This document shows, piece after piece, positions 27,554 through 37,478 of a stretch of 64,000 bases of DNA (position 1 is its first letter; the number at the start of each line of letters is the position of its first letter). Source of the stretch: an uncultured Candidatus Rokubacteria bacterium (GTDB taxonomy: Bacteria; Methylomirabilota; Methylomirabilia; Rokubacteriales; CSP1-6). The notes beneath the pieces are model-generated. The model had not been told where the DNA came from and made no database searches. It worked only from the letters and a program-made list of their open reading frames with translations. The position numbers were made by a program, and so were the translations under genes. The stretch spans positions 32,001 to 96,000 of the forward strand of contig CAVWFS010000018.1 of assembly GCA_963754315.1 (NCBI GenBank), given 5' to 3'.

Positions 27554-28832
27554 TCGTCACCTCGCCGGTTGCGGCGACGTTCCAGGCTTGGATGGCGTTG
27601 TAATGGTAGAGGAACTGCGTGCCCTTGTCGGCCACGAGTTTGTCGCGTGAGGGCTGGACCACGCCGGCTTCGTCGGTGGACCGGCTCTTGAGCACGGCCG
27701 GTCCCCCGTTCCATCGCCACGCCATGCGGAACCGCGTCAGCGCCTTCGACAGAACCGGCTCCTCCAGCATTGCCTGGCCCCAGGTCTGGCCGCCATCGGC
27801 AGAGACCTCCACCTTGGCGATCTTCCCGGACCCCGACCAGGCCAACCCGGAGATCTCGTACAGCCCAGGACCCTTCAGCGCGAGCCCAGGCGAGGGGACG
27901 GTGATGACCGATTTGACCTCCATCGCGTACGTGAACATCAGCGCCTTGCCGCTGGCGAGAAGGTCGGTGTATTTCGACGTCTCGTCCTTGGTCATGGTGG
28001 GCCCGGCCGTGACCTTGATCCGTCGCAGCCACTTGACGCTCATGTTGCCCTCGTAGCCCGGGAGGAACAGGCGCACCGGATAACCGTTCTCCGGGCGCAG
28101 ACGCTCTCCGTTCTGGTAGAAGGCGAGAAGGGCGTCGTCCATTGCCTTCGCCATCGGCACGCTCCGACTCATGGCCGCCGCGTCGGCGCCCTCGGCCAGG
28201 AGCCATTGCGCGCTAGGGTCCGCTCCGGCCTCCGCCAGCACGATGGCCAGGGGCACGCCCGTCCACTCGCTGCACGAGACGAGGCCGTGGATGGCGCCAC
28301 AGGACGCCGCCGGAGGCGCGGGGCTGAGGTTGGGCCGGCTGTTGCCGGAGCATTCGATGAACTGGATGCGCGACACCATCGGATATCGCAGCAGAGCATC
28401 CATGGTGAATACGAGGGGCCGCTTGACCAGGCCATGAATCAACAGCCGGTGGGCACTTGGATCGATGTCCGGCACGCCGCCGTGATGGCGCTCGAAGTGC
28501 AACCCGCTCGGCGTGATGATCCCGTTGAGACGCTCGAGCGGCGTGCGGGAGGCACCGCTGCCGGTCGTGCCCGGCTGGGAGCCGATCCCGGTGCGCTGGA
28601 CCTTGTCCTCATACTTTGCCGGCGCCCCATACCCGCTCATCCCTGCCCCCGGCGCCAGCATCCAGGGTGGTATGCCCGGCGGATCGGCGGCGGCCGCTGA
28701 CCCTGCTGACAACACGGTCAGGCCTCCCGCGCCGATGAGGGCGATGCCCTGCGTCAGAAAGATGCGGCGGTGCAGCAGTCCGTTGCCAGCGACTTCCTCG
28801 AGGGGGACGTTGGGCGTGCTCGAGCTGGGCAT
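27540..28832 (-). CDS. soxC: Sulfite oxidase-family molybdoprotein SoxC
   Basis: HRRIFL Tat motif; ITPSGLHFERHH, IECSGN, QNGERLRPENGYP. Confidence 0.92.
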   Translation of the reverse strand: MPSSSTPNVPLEEVAGNGLLHRRIFLTQGIALIGAGGLTVLSAGSAAAADPPGIPPWMLAPGAGMSGYGAPAKYEDKVQRTGIGSQPGTTGSGASRTPLERLNGIITPSGLHFERHHGGVPDIDPSAHRLLIHGLVKRPLVFTMDALLRYPMVSRIQFIECSGNSRPNLSPAPPAASCGAIHGLVSCSEWTGVPLAIVLAEAGADPSAQWLLAEGADAAAMSRSVPMAKAMDDALLAFYQNGERLRPENGYPVRLFLPGYEGNMSVKWLRRIKVTAGPTMTKDETSKYTDLLASGKALMFTYAMEVKSVITVPSPGLALKGPGLYEISGLAWSGSGKIAKVEVSADGGQTWGQAMLEEPVLSKALTRFRMAWRWNGGPAVLKSRSTDEAGVVQPSRDKLVADKGTQFLYHYNAIQAWNVAATGEVTNVYS

Positions 28833-28981
28833 GTTGTTCTCCCGTTCTCGGATCCGCGACGACATGAGAACCGGACCGGCCACCCGAGTGGGCGGAACGT
28901 ATCACGCTGGCCAGGCTTCCGCAACTGCGCGCGGTCCGTTCGCGCGCCATCATCGCCTCCGCAGCCCGCACGACACCTCCT

Positions 28982-29731
28982 TCAGCGTGTTGATGCGGAC
29001 GGCGCCGAACGCTCCATGAGCAGGGTCTGTACGTCGTTCAGCACGGTCTGGGGATGGAGGAACGTGGAGCTGTAGATCTCGCGGACGAAGCCCTCGGGGT
29101 CGATCAGGAAGACCTTGAGCACGTGCGAGAGCTCCCGGCGGGGCTTGCCGCTCGACCGGTCGATCGTGTAGCGAATGTCCTGACCAAAGCCCTCGACGAG
29201 AGGCGCCAGCTCCCGGGCCGAGCGGGTGGTCAGGAAGTACCAGGGCGGCCCCGAGCCGTCGCCGCGCAGGCGGCTGCCCGCGTAGCGTCGCATGACCGAG
29301 GGCGGATCACGTAGGGGATCGAAGGAGAGCGTCACGAGCTGGATTTCTGGCATGGGGGGCCTGGCCACGGGTCCCCCCGACCCCCCTGGCGCTCGTCGCG
29401 CCCCGCCGAAGCCGGGGCGCTCCTCGATCGACTGTCTCACCGACTCGAACACGCGGTAGGCAAGGGGGCAGCCGGCCGGATCGACGCATGTGGTGTAGAT
29501 GAAGCCGAGCAGGGTGATGCGGCCGCGCGTGAAGTGAGAGAGACGCCGCGGGCGGCCGTCAAGGTCGAGCACCTCCCCGTCAGGAGCAGCCATGATCCGG
29601 TGCAGCGTGTAGGTGCCGGGCGGCGGCGGGTTGAAGTCGAGCGGGGGAAGCGGCGCGACCTCGTGGCTGGCGGCCGCCGACGCCGCCAGGCACGCGATTA
29701 CCACCGCCACCCCGACCAGGCCAAGCTTCAT
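28982..29731 (-). CDS. SCO1/SenC-family copper chaperone
   Basis: FIYTTCVDPAGCP, LSFDP, LSHVLKVFLID; ATGA overlap with the restored mtoX stop. Confidence 0.88.
   Translation of the reverse strand: MKLGLVGVAVVIACLAASAAASHEVAPLPPLDFNPPPPGTYTLHRIMAAPDGEVLDLDGRPRRLSHFTRGRITLLGFIYTTCVDPAGCPLAYRVFESVRQSIEERPGFGGARRAPGGSGGPVARPPMPEIQLVTLSFDPLRDPPSVMRRYAGSRLRGDGSGPPWYFLTTRSARELAPLVEGFGQDIRYTIDRSSGKPRRELSHVLKVFLIDPEGFVREIYSSTFLHPQTVLNDVQTLLMERSAPSASTR
29352..29427 (-). repeat. Two-hairpin REP-like element lying in frame within the SCO gene
   Basis: TCGAGGAGCGCCCCGGCTTCGGCGGGGCGCGACGAGCG...GGGGGG...CCCCCCAT; encodes EERPGFGGARRAPGGSGGPVARPPM. Confidence 0.7.
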
Positions 29732-31024
29732 TTCGCGCGGAGGGTCTTGGAGCCGAGCTTCATGTGGTGGGCGCGCCCGAGCTTCTCCTGGGTGAAGTCC
29801 ACCTCGAAGACCTGCTTGAGCTCCTTGCCGTCCCAGGTGAAACCGCGCAGGAACTGCTCGTTGTCGGCGCCGCCCTTGTCCCAGTTGGCGAGCAAGGACG
29901 AGGTGATGTACAGCGCGCTTGCCGTCCCAGCTCTGCGAGATCATGTTGACCTGCTTGCCGGTGACCTTCGTGTAGGTCTGCTTCGGCGCCTCCGGGTTAC
30001 TGAGGTCGAAGTAGCGGGTCATCCCGTCCATGAACGTGTTGACCCAGAGCCCCTTGCCGTCGCGGGTGATGCTGATGTCCACGGGCAGCGGGATCTTGGC
30101 GGGGTCGCCGACGGTGGCCACGTCCTTGGCCTGCCACTCGCCCTTGCTGTCGGGCTTGATGAGCCAGAGCTTCGAGGTGAGCGCGGCGGCGGTGATAGCC
30201 CAGTTGTCGCCGGAGTTGAGGGACCAGCGGATCTCCAGCGGCGCACCCGGCACGGCGAAGACCTTCTGGGGCTTCATGGCCTTCAGGTCCCACAGGACCA
30301 TGGTGTTGCCGAAGCGCTTCATGGCCTCCGCGTCCTTGATGAGGTCGCCGAGCGGCCGCATGTAGTTGTCGTAGCCGGTGAAGCTCGAGGTGAGCAGGAC
30401 GTTCTTCTTGGGGTTGACCGCCAGGTCGTAGCCGTAGCCGTCGCCCCCGCCGTCGGTGGGCATGGCGTGGGCGGCGACATACTCGCCCTTGTTGTTGTAG
30501 AGCGCCATGCCGGTCACGCCGCCCTTGTCCTTGGTGTTGGACAGCGCCTGCACGAGCATGCGACCGGGCAGCGCGTAGTAGGTGTGCGGGCCGAGGTAGC
30601 CGGTCTTCTCGGCCATGTTGGTGATGGTGTTCACGAGCTTGGGCTTGGCCGGATCGGTCGCGATGTCGAACACGTAGATCTTGGGCTCGGCCAGGCCGCC
30701 TGCCCAGATGAAACGCCGATCATCGGTGAACCCCATGTGGTGGGCCTCGCCACGGCCGCCGACCGAGACGGATGCGATCACCTTGCCGTAGCTCTTCGAC
30801 TTCGGGTGCACATCGACGGTCACCAGCTTGTCGGAGCCATCGCCGACCCCCTCGACCCCCAGGGCCCAGACGTAGACGTAGTCTTCCTGGCCCGTGATGA
30901 GCTTGGTGATATAGGGCGAGTTGCACGTCTCGTCCGCGCGCGCCGCGCCCACGCTGCCGGCGGATGCCACGATAACTCCCACGACCAAGGAGATCCCGCC
31001 ACGCCAGATGCGCTGAAAGGTCAT
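29728..31024 (-). CDS. mtoX: Methanethiol oxidase (SBP56 family), +1 frameshift near 29914
   Basis: Signal peptide + DETCNSPY, GGRGEAHH, GPHT, SQSWDGKR; removing one base gives LYITSSLLANWD...RAHHMKLGSKTLRAK*. Confidence 0.85.
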
Positions 31025-31063
31025 ATCCGTCCCTCCCTGAGCAGGAGATTCTACCCCAGCCTC

Positions 31064-31092
31064 TTGACAAATTCCGCAGGCGCCACTACTCC
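31064..31092 (+). promoter_or_regulatory. Putative sigma70 promoter in divergent region
   Basis: TTGACA-N17-TACTCC; minus-strand TAGAAT at 31048-53 may serve mtoX. Confidence 0.55.
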
Positions 31093-31128
31093 CAAGAGGG
31101 CCGAGTCGGGTGGGTTCACGGAGGGGAG

Positions 31129-33525
31129 ATGTCGTTTCTCGATTCGCGTGGGTGCGTCGCCCGTGAGGGTATCGGCAAGCCGGTCCCGCGCAAGGAAGAT
31201 CAGCGGCTGATCACCGGCCGCGGTCGCTTCAGCGACGACGTGAGCCTGTCGGGCCAGGCCTATGCGTGCCTGGTGCGCTCACCGTACGCCCACGCGCGCA
31301 TCCTGGGCATCGATGCGAGCGATGCTCGGAAGGTGCCTGAGGTGATTGCGGTGCTCACCGGCCGCGATGCGCTGGCCGATGATCTCCAGCCGATCCCGCA
31401 CCGTCCCGTGCCGACGAACCCCCACGAGGTCCCGCTCCGGAGCCGCGACGGCTCGGCATTCTTCATCGCGCCGCACCCGCTGCTCCCGGTCGACCGCGCG
31501 CGATTCGTGGGCGAGGCGGTGGCGGTCGTGGTCGCCGAGACACCCGCGGCCGCCCGCGACGCCGCGGAGCGGGTGACGGTCGACTACGACCCCTTGCCGG
31601 TGGTCACCGCCACCGCGGCCGCGGCTTCTGCGACGGCGCCGATCGTCTGGGACGCGGCGGCGTCCAACGTCTGCGTCGACTCGGAAACTGGCGACGGAGC
31701 GGCGGTGGACGCGGCGTTCGCTCGCGCTGCGCACGTGGTCCGGCTGGAGACGCGCATCAACAGGGTGGCCGGTGTCCCGCTGGAGCCGCGGGCGGCCGTC
31801 GCCACCTACGACGACGTGAGCGGTCGCTACACGCTCTACGCGGGCTCGGGCGGCTCCCAGCGCCAGCGCGGAGATCTTGCTGCCGTGCTCGGCGTAGCGG
31901 AGAGCGCTGTGCGTGTCGTGGCCCACGACGTGGGCGGCAACTACGGGACGCGCAACAGCTTCTATCCGGAGTTCGGTCTCGTGGCGTGGGCGGCGAGGCG
32001 GTTGGGACGGCCGGTGAAGTGGACCTGCGAGCGGCGCGAGGCGCTGCTCACCGACTACCAGAGCCGCGACCTCGTGTCGCAGGCCGAGCTGGCGCTCGAC
32101 GCCGACGGCACGTTCCTGGCGTTTCGTGGCAGCAACACGAGCAACCTGGGCGCCCACGCCGTCTCGTTGACACCCCTCGCCAAGGGGGTGGCGGTGTCGT
32201 CGAGCGTGTATCACATCCCCGCGTCGTCGATGCGCGCTCGCGCGGTGGTCACCAACACGTCACCGACGTGCCCCTATCGGAGCGCCGGGCGGCCCGAAGT
32301 GATGTTCGTGATCGAACGGCTGATCGACCTCGCCGCGCGGCGTCACGGGTTTGATCGCGTGGCGCTACGCCGGCGCAACCTGGTCCCGGCGACGGCGCTG
32401 CCGTATCGCAATCCCCTCGGGCTGATCTACGACAGCGGGGATTACGCGGCGGTTCAGGATCGGGTCGTGGCGCTCGCCGACTGGGCCGGGTTTGAGGGCC
32501 GCCGAGCCCAGGCCCGCCGTCGCGGCCGATTCCGTGGGATTGGGCTGGCCAACTACATCGAGCTGAATACGGGCGTGCCGCGCGAGCGGGCCGAGATCAC
32601 GCTACGCGCCGACGGCGGGATCGACGTGGTCATCGGCACGCTGTCGGCGGGGCAGGGGCACGAGACGAGCTTCGCCCAGCTCGTCGCCGAGTGGTTCGAC
32701 GTGAGTATCGAGCAGGTGAGGATCATCGCCGGCGACACCGACGTGGCGCGAGTCGGCGGCGGCTCGCATTCGGGCCGCTCGATGCGTCTGGGGGCGGTGG
32801 TGATGGCCAAGGCGTCCGACGAGATCGTCGACAAGGGGCGGCGGCTGGCGGCATGGCTGCTGGAAGCCGCCGAGGCCGACATCGAGTTCGTGCGTGGGCG
32901 CTTCGTGGTCAAGGGCACCGGCCGAGGTGTCTCGCTGTTCGCCGCGGCGGCGGCCGCGCTCAGGCCGGACGCGCCGGAGGACTTGCGCGGACCGCTCGGT
33001 GGCGTCGGGGATGAGACCATGAGCGTGCCGTCATATCCATACGGTTCGGCCGTCTGCGAGGTCGAGGTCGATCCGGAGACGGGCCTCGTGGAGATCGTCC
33101 GCTACACGACGGTCGACGACGTCGGCCGTGCCGTCAATCCGTTGATCCTCCACGGCCAGACTCACGGCGGCATCGCCGCCGGCGTCGGCCAGGCGCTCTG
33201 GGAGCTCTGCCACTACGACGCCGTGACAGGGCAGATGGCGTCGGCGACCTTCATGGATTACCGTCTGCCGCGCGCCGACGTGTTGCCGCCGTTCACGACC
33301 GAGATCAGCGAGGTGCCGTCGACCACGAATCCCCTCGGGCTGCGCGGCGGCGGCGAAGGCGGGACAACACCCGCGCTGGGCGCGGTGATCAACGCCATCG
33401 TCGACGCCCTCGCCGACCTCGGCGTCGAACACATCGAGATGCCGGCAACGCCCGAGCGCGTCTGGCAAGCCATTCAAGCGGCCGCGCCGGCCCGGGTGAG
33501 GAGGACCGTCAGCCCTCAGCGCTGA
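31129..33525 (+). CDS. Xanthine dehydrogenase-family / CoxL form II-like molybdopterin subunit
   Basis: RKEDQRLITGRG, DVGGNYG, PYRSAGRPE, GQGHET, GQTHGG, GGGEGG. Confidence 0.93.
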   Translation: MSFLDSRGCVAREGIGKPVPRKEDQRLITGRGRFSDDVSLSGQAYACLVRSPYAHARILGIDASDARKVPEVIAVLTGRDALADDLQPIPHRPVPTNPHEVPLRSRDGSAFFIAPHPLLPVDRARFVGEAVAVVVAETPAAARDAAERVTVDYDPLPVVTATAAAASATAPIVWDAAASNVCVDSETGDGAAVDAAFARAAHVVRLETRINRVAGVPLEPRAAVATYDDVSGRYTLYAGSGGSQRQRGDLAAVLGVAESAVRVVAHDVGGNYGTRNSFYPEFGLVAWAARRLGRPVKWTCERREALLTDYQSRDLVSQAELALDADGTFLAFRGSNTSNLGAHAVSLTPLAKGVAVSSSVYHIPASSMRARAVVTNTSPTCPYRSAGRPEVMFVIERLIDLAARRHGFDRVALRRRNLVPATALPYRNPLGLIYDSGDYAAVQDRVVALADWAGFEGRRAQARRRGRFRGIGLANYIELNTGVPRERAEITLRADGGIDVVIGTLSAGQGHETSFAQLVAEWFDVSIEQVRIIAGDTDVARVGGGSHSGRSMRLGAVVMAKASDEIVDKGRRLAAWLLEAAEADIEFVRGRFVVKGTGRGVSLFAAAAAALRPDAPEDLRGPLGGVGDETMSVPSYPYGSAVCEVEVDPETGLVEIVRYTTVDDVGRAVNPLILHGQTHGGIAAGVGQALWELCHYDAVTGQMASATFMDYRLPRADVLPPFTTEISEVPSTTNPLGLRGGGEGGTTPALGAVINAIVDALADLGVEHIEMPATPERVWQAIQAAAPARVRRTVSPQR

Positions 33526-34067
33526 TTCAGCGCGCGGTCGGCGACCTCGACGGTCTTCTTCTCGGCGTCGAACTTCAGGGTCTTCTGGACCTCGACATCT
33601 CCGCCCGTCACCCTGATGAAGAACGTGTCGTCCCCGAACTCGATCGAGTGGATGTCACCCACAGCGAACACCGCCGCCTGACCCGGCTCGTTCAGGAACT
33701 CCTTTTGCAGCTCCACCTCGGCATAGCCGGGCCGGTTGCCGTCGTCCAGCCGTCGCCACCGGCGCATGCGGGTGGGGTTCTTGTAGTTCCCGTAGATCAC
33801 CCAGCAGGGCCCGTGATCGTGGATGGCCGACGAGCCGGCCTTCTCACGCCCGTGCACAAGCACGTGCACGTCGGTCTCGGGGTCGTGGCCGATGGTGGCG
33901 CGCATGGTGTAGGGGACAGGGTCGCCGAGGTGCTTCTTGAGCAGATCGGGGTTGTGGAGCAGCTTCTCCAGGTGATCGCGGACCTCGGCCAGCCCCGAAG
34001 GGATGCCCTTGCGCGCGATGGTCGCGCGCGTGTCGGCCAAGAACTGATCCAGCGTGTAGTGGCTCAT
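33516..34067 (-). CDS. Cupin / cysteine-dioxygenase-like protein
   Basis: IHDHGPCWVIYG...GDIHSI three-His pattern. Confidence 0.75.
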   Translation of the reverse strand: MSHYTLDQFLADTRATIARKGIPSGLAEVRDHLEKLLHNPDLLKKHLGDPVPYTMRATIGHDPETDVHVLVHGREKAGSSAIHDHGPCWVIYGNYKNPTRMRRWRRLDDGNRPGYAEVELQKEFLNEPGQAAVFAVGDIHSIEFGDDTFFIRVTGGDVEVQKTLKFDAEKKTVEVADRALNQR

Positions 34068-34262
34068 CGGGCCGCTCCTTTCCGCGCTGCGGGCCTTGCT
34101 CCTTCATGAAACAGCTCAACGCATCATAGCACCCAGCGCGAACGCGCTTCGAGGGATCGGCGACCTGACCCCCTCAACCCGCACGATAGATCAGCCATCG
34201 CCGATGACTCATAATGACGCGACGGATCCAGTGACCCGCTCCCTGCTCGCTCGGCTTCATCG

Positions 34263-34802
34263 GTGGCTGGTCTGAGCTCCCTCGGCGCGGCGCTGGACCG
34301 AGTGGTCAGGGCCATCGATGCCGTGAGCACAGCCGCCGGCTGGCTCGCGGGCTGGCTCATCGTGCCGATGACGTTTGCGGTGGCGTACGAGGTGGTGGCT
34401 CGCTACGCCTTCCACGCCCCGACCAAGTGGGCCTACGAAGTCACCTACATGACCTACGGCGCCCAGTTCATGCTGGCCTCGGCCTACACATTGCTCAAGG
34501 ACGGCCACATCCGGACCGACGTGTTCTATCAGGGCTGGTCGGCGAAGACGCGAGCCACGATCGATGCGCTCAGCTACGTGCTCTTCTTCTTCCCCGGGCT
34601 GCTGTTCATCCTGTACGCCGGGATCGTCGAGGCGGGGTTCGCCTGGGAGATCGGTGAGCGGACCGGGCTGAGGATCGGCAGCGTGCCGTTTCCAATGTAT
34701 CTGTTCAAGGCCGTCATCCCGCTGAGCGCGGCCCTCCTGCTGCTCCAGGGCCTCTCCGAGCTGATCCGGTGCGGGCGCGTGATCCGCGGGAGGCCCCGGT
34801 GA
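34263..34802 (+). CDS. dctQ: TRAP small permease
   Basis: YEVVARYAFHAPT.WAYE, GHIRTD. Confidence 0.9.
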   Translation: MAGLSSLGAALDRVVRAIDAVSTAAGWLAGWLIVPMTFAVAYEVVARYAFHAPTKWAYEVTYMTYGAQFMLASAYTLLKDGHIRTDVFYQGWSAKTRATIDALSYVLFFFPGLLFILYAGIVEAGFAWEIGERTGLRIGSVPFPMYLFKAVIPLSAALLLLQGLSELIRCGRVIRGRPR

Positions 34803-36118
34803 GCCACGAGCTGCTCGGCTTCGTCCTGCTCGGCGTCTTCTTCGTGGCGATCTTTGCCGGATTTCCCATCGTCTTCACGCTGATGTTCCTCTCGCTCACA
34901 GTCGGCTATCTGGCGCTCGGCGACGTGATCTATTACCTGGCCGTCCTGCAGACCGTCGGACTCATGAAGGAGCAGGTCCTCGCCGCAATCCCCCTGTTCA
35001 TCTTCATGGGCTATCTCCTGGAGGAGGGCGGGCTGATGGAGCGATTGTTCCACGCCCTCCGCCTTCTGCTGGGTCCCTTGCCGGGCTCGCTCTACGTCGC
35101 CGTGCTGGTCACTGCCACCATCTTCGGAATCGCCGCCGGGACGGTGGGCGCGACGGTCGCGGTCGTCGGCATCATGGCGGCGCCGGCCATGCTCAGGGCA
35201 GGATACAGCCCTCGGCTCTCCGCCGGAGCCATCACCGCGGGCGGCAGCCTCGGTATCCTGATCCCGCCGAGCGTGATGCTGGTCGTGATGGGGCCGATGA
35301 TGGGCGTGCCGGTGATCTCCCTCTACGCCGCCTCGTTCGGTCCGGGCTTCCTGCTGGCGGGGATCTTCACCGTATGGACGATCGTCCGCTGCCTGATCGA
35401 TCCGCGCCTGGGCCCACCGCTGCCATCCGCGGAGCGCGCGCTTCCACTCCGGACGCTCGCCGGCGAGCTGATATACGGCATGCTTCCTCACGTCCTCCTG
35501 ACCGCAGTGACGCTCGGGCCCATCCTGGCCGGCATGGCCACGCCGACCGAGGCGGCCGGAGTGGGGGTGGTGGGCACGCTCATCATGGCCGCCCTCTACC
35601 GAACCTTGACCTGGACACGATTCAAGAACGCGGTGATCCAGACCGCCCAGCAGTCGAGCATGATGCTCCTGCTGGCCGTCGCCTCGAACATCTTCGGCGC
35701 GGTCTTCGCGCGTCTCGGCTCGGCCTCGCTCTTGACCGACACCATCGCCGGGCTTCCCCTGCCGCCCACGGGCACCTTGCTCGTCGTCATGCTCTTGATC
35801 TTCCTGCTCGGCTGGCCGTTCGAGTGGCCGACGCTCGTCTTCGTGTTCGTGCCTCTGCTCCAGCCCGCGATCATGGCCCTCGAGTTCGACCCCCTTTGGT
35901 TCGCGGTCCTGATCGCCGTGAACTTCCAGACGACGTTTCTGTCCCCGCCGGTGGCAACCGCGGCGTACTACCTCAAGGCCGTGGCGCCGGACTGGACGCT
36001 CACCGATATTCACTGGGGGATGGTCGAGTTCATGATGCTCCAGCTGATCGGGCTGCTGCTGGTGATGCTCTTCCCCGGGATTGCCCTGTGGTTCCCTCAC
36101 TGGCTCTACGGGAAGTGA
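34799..36118 (+). CDS. dctM: TRAP large permease
   Basis: LAAIPLFIFMG, GILIPPS, ATPTEAA, FLSPP; GTGA overlap. Confidence 0.92.
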   Translation: MSHELLGFVLLGVFFVAIFAGFPIVFTLMFLSLTVGYLALGDVIYYLAVLQTVGLMKEQVLAAIPLFIFMGYLLEEGGLMERLFHALRLLLGPLPGSLYVAVLVTATIFGIAAGTVGATVAVVGIMAAPAMLRAGYSPRLSAGAITAGGSLGILIPPSVMLVVMGPMMGVPVISLYAASFGPGFLLAGIFTVWTIVRCLIDPRLGPPLPSAERALPLRTLAGELIYGMLPHVLLTAVTLGPILAGMATPTEAAGVGVVGTLIMAALYRTLTWTRFKNAVIQTAQQSSMMLLLAVASNIFGAVFARLGSASLLTDTIAGLPLPPTGTLLVVMLLIFLLGWPFEWPTLVFVFVPLLQPAIMALEFDPLWFAVLIAVNFQTTFLSPPVATAAYYLKAVAPDWTLTDIHWGMVEFMMLQLIGLLLVMLFPGIALWFPHWLYGK

Positions 36119-36221
36119 CAGGTCAGCGTGTTAGAAGTACCGTAAGTCGGGCGAAGGGGAGCGTGACCAAGTAGACTCTAGGCTCTCGCGGTCGCTCGAG
36201 TCCCTGGGAGGGGAGACGCCG

Positions 36222-36908
36222 ATGGTCGAGACACTCGCAGCTGACGTTCACCCACCGTACCTGTATCCCGCCTACAGGAGCACCCAGCTCCGGGCCCCCT
36301 CGCAGCCGCCTGTGCGAGTGGCGCCGAGTCCGCTGGAGGCGGTGGGCCCGGCGTTTCCCAAGCACTTCGTGAAGGACAGCGAGGTCGATCTCACAACCTG
36401 GGGGAAGAGCGCGCCACTCGGCGAGAAGATGGTCCTCGTCGGCCGCGTGCTCGACGAGGATGGGCGGCCGGTACGGCGGTCGCTCATCGAAGTGTGGCAA
36501 GCCAACGCCTCGGGGAAATATCCGCATCCCGTGGACGATCACGAGGCGCCCCTCGATCCCAACTTCCTCGGCAAGGGGCAGTTGCTCACGGACGACGAGG
36601 GCCGTTATCGGATCGTGACGGTCAAGCCCGGCGCCTACCCGTGGCAGAACCACGCCTTTGGGTGGCGGCCCGCGCACATCCATCTCTCGCTCTTCGGGAA
36701 CGCGTACGCCCAGCGGCTCATCACGCAAATGTTCTTCCCCGGCGACCCCTTGCTGGCCATCGATCCGATCTTCAACAGCGTTCCCGAGGCCGGACGCGAG
36801 CTTCTGATTGCGGATCTCGATCTCGAGCACGGTATCGAGGGTGTCGCGCTCGGGTACCGCTTCGACATCATCCTGCGCGGGCCGCGGGCCACGCCGATGG
36901 GGGTGTGA
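36222..36908 (+). CDS. pcaH: Protocatechuate 3,4-dioxygenase beta subunit
   Basis: EVWQANASGKY, LDPNF, KPGAYPW, WRPAHIH, LITQMFF. Confidence 0.95.
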   Translation: MVETLAADVHPPYLYPAYRSTQLRAPSQPPVRVAPSPLEAVGPAFPKHFVKDSEVDLTTWGKSAPLGEKMVLVGRVLDEDGRPVRRSLIEVWQANASGKYPHPVDDHEAPLDPNFLGKGQLLTDDEGRYRIVTVKPGAYPWQNHAFGWRPAHIHLSLFGNAYAQRLITQMFFPGDPLLAIDPIFNSVPEAGRELLIADLDLEHGIEGVALGYRFDIILRGPRATPMGV

Positions 36909-36910
36909 TC

Positions 36911-37459
36911 ATGGCGAAGCCCACGCCCTCGCAAACGGTCGGCCCCTTCTTTGCCCGCGAGCTCCTCTGGAGCGACGGAGGCAAGGTCCTGTTCCCCGGC
37001 CACGGCGATCGGATCACCTTGACGGGACGGGTGTTCGACGGCAATGGCGCTCCCATCGTCGATGCCCTCATGGAGACCTGGCAGGCGGACGCGGCCGGCA
37101 CATTCGCGTCGGGGAGCGATGGAGCCAGGCCATGCGGCTACGGCCGCGTGTCGACGGACACGGACGGACGATATACGATCGACACGGTCATGCCCGGATC
37201 GTTCAGGGGCCCGGGCGGCGAAACGTACGCCCCTCAGATCAGCGTGATGATTTTCGCCCGCGGACTCCTGAAGGCCGTGAGCACGCGCGTGTTCCTCGCG
37301 CCGCTCGACGCGGTCAAGGACGATCCGCTGGCTCGCGCCATCGGCGATCCCGATCGGTTGCGCACCCTGATCGCGGCTCGTGATGCGGGGGATTCGAAGG
37401 TCTATCGGTGGGATGTCCGGCTGCGGGGACCCGGCGAAGCGGTGTTCATCGAGTTCTAG
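36911..37459 (+). CDS. pcaG: Protocatechuate 3,4-dioxygenase alpha subunit
   Basis: TPSQTVGPF, ETWQAD, FARGLL, YRWDVRL. Confidence 0.93.
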   Translation: MAKPTPSQTVGPFFARELLWSDGGKVLFPGHGDRITLTGRVFDGNGAPIVDALMETWQADAAGTFASGSDGARPCGYGRVSTDTDGRYTIDTVMPGSFRGPGGETYAPQISVMIFARGLLKAVSTRVFLAPLDAVKDDPLARAIGDPDRLRTLIAARDAGDSKVYRWDVRLRGPGEAVFIEF

Positions 37460-37478
37460 CGCGAAGGCACCGATTGGC

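Noticed and set aside
28982..31024. 680-aa MtoX-SCO fusion ORF
   Set aside because: Removing one base near 29914 restores the MtoX C-terminus and a stop overlapping SCO's own ATG and signal peptide
31129..33525. True CO dehydrogenase
   Set aside because: Lacks the form I AYxCSFR motif and cox accessory genes
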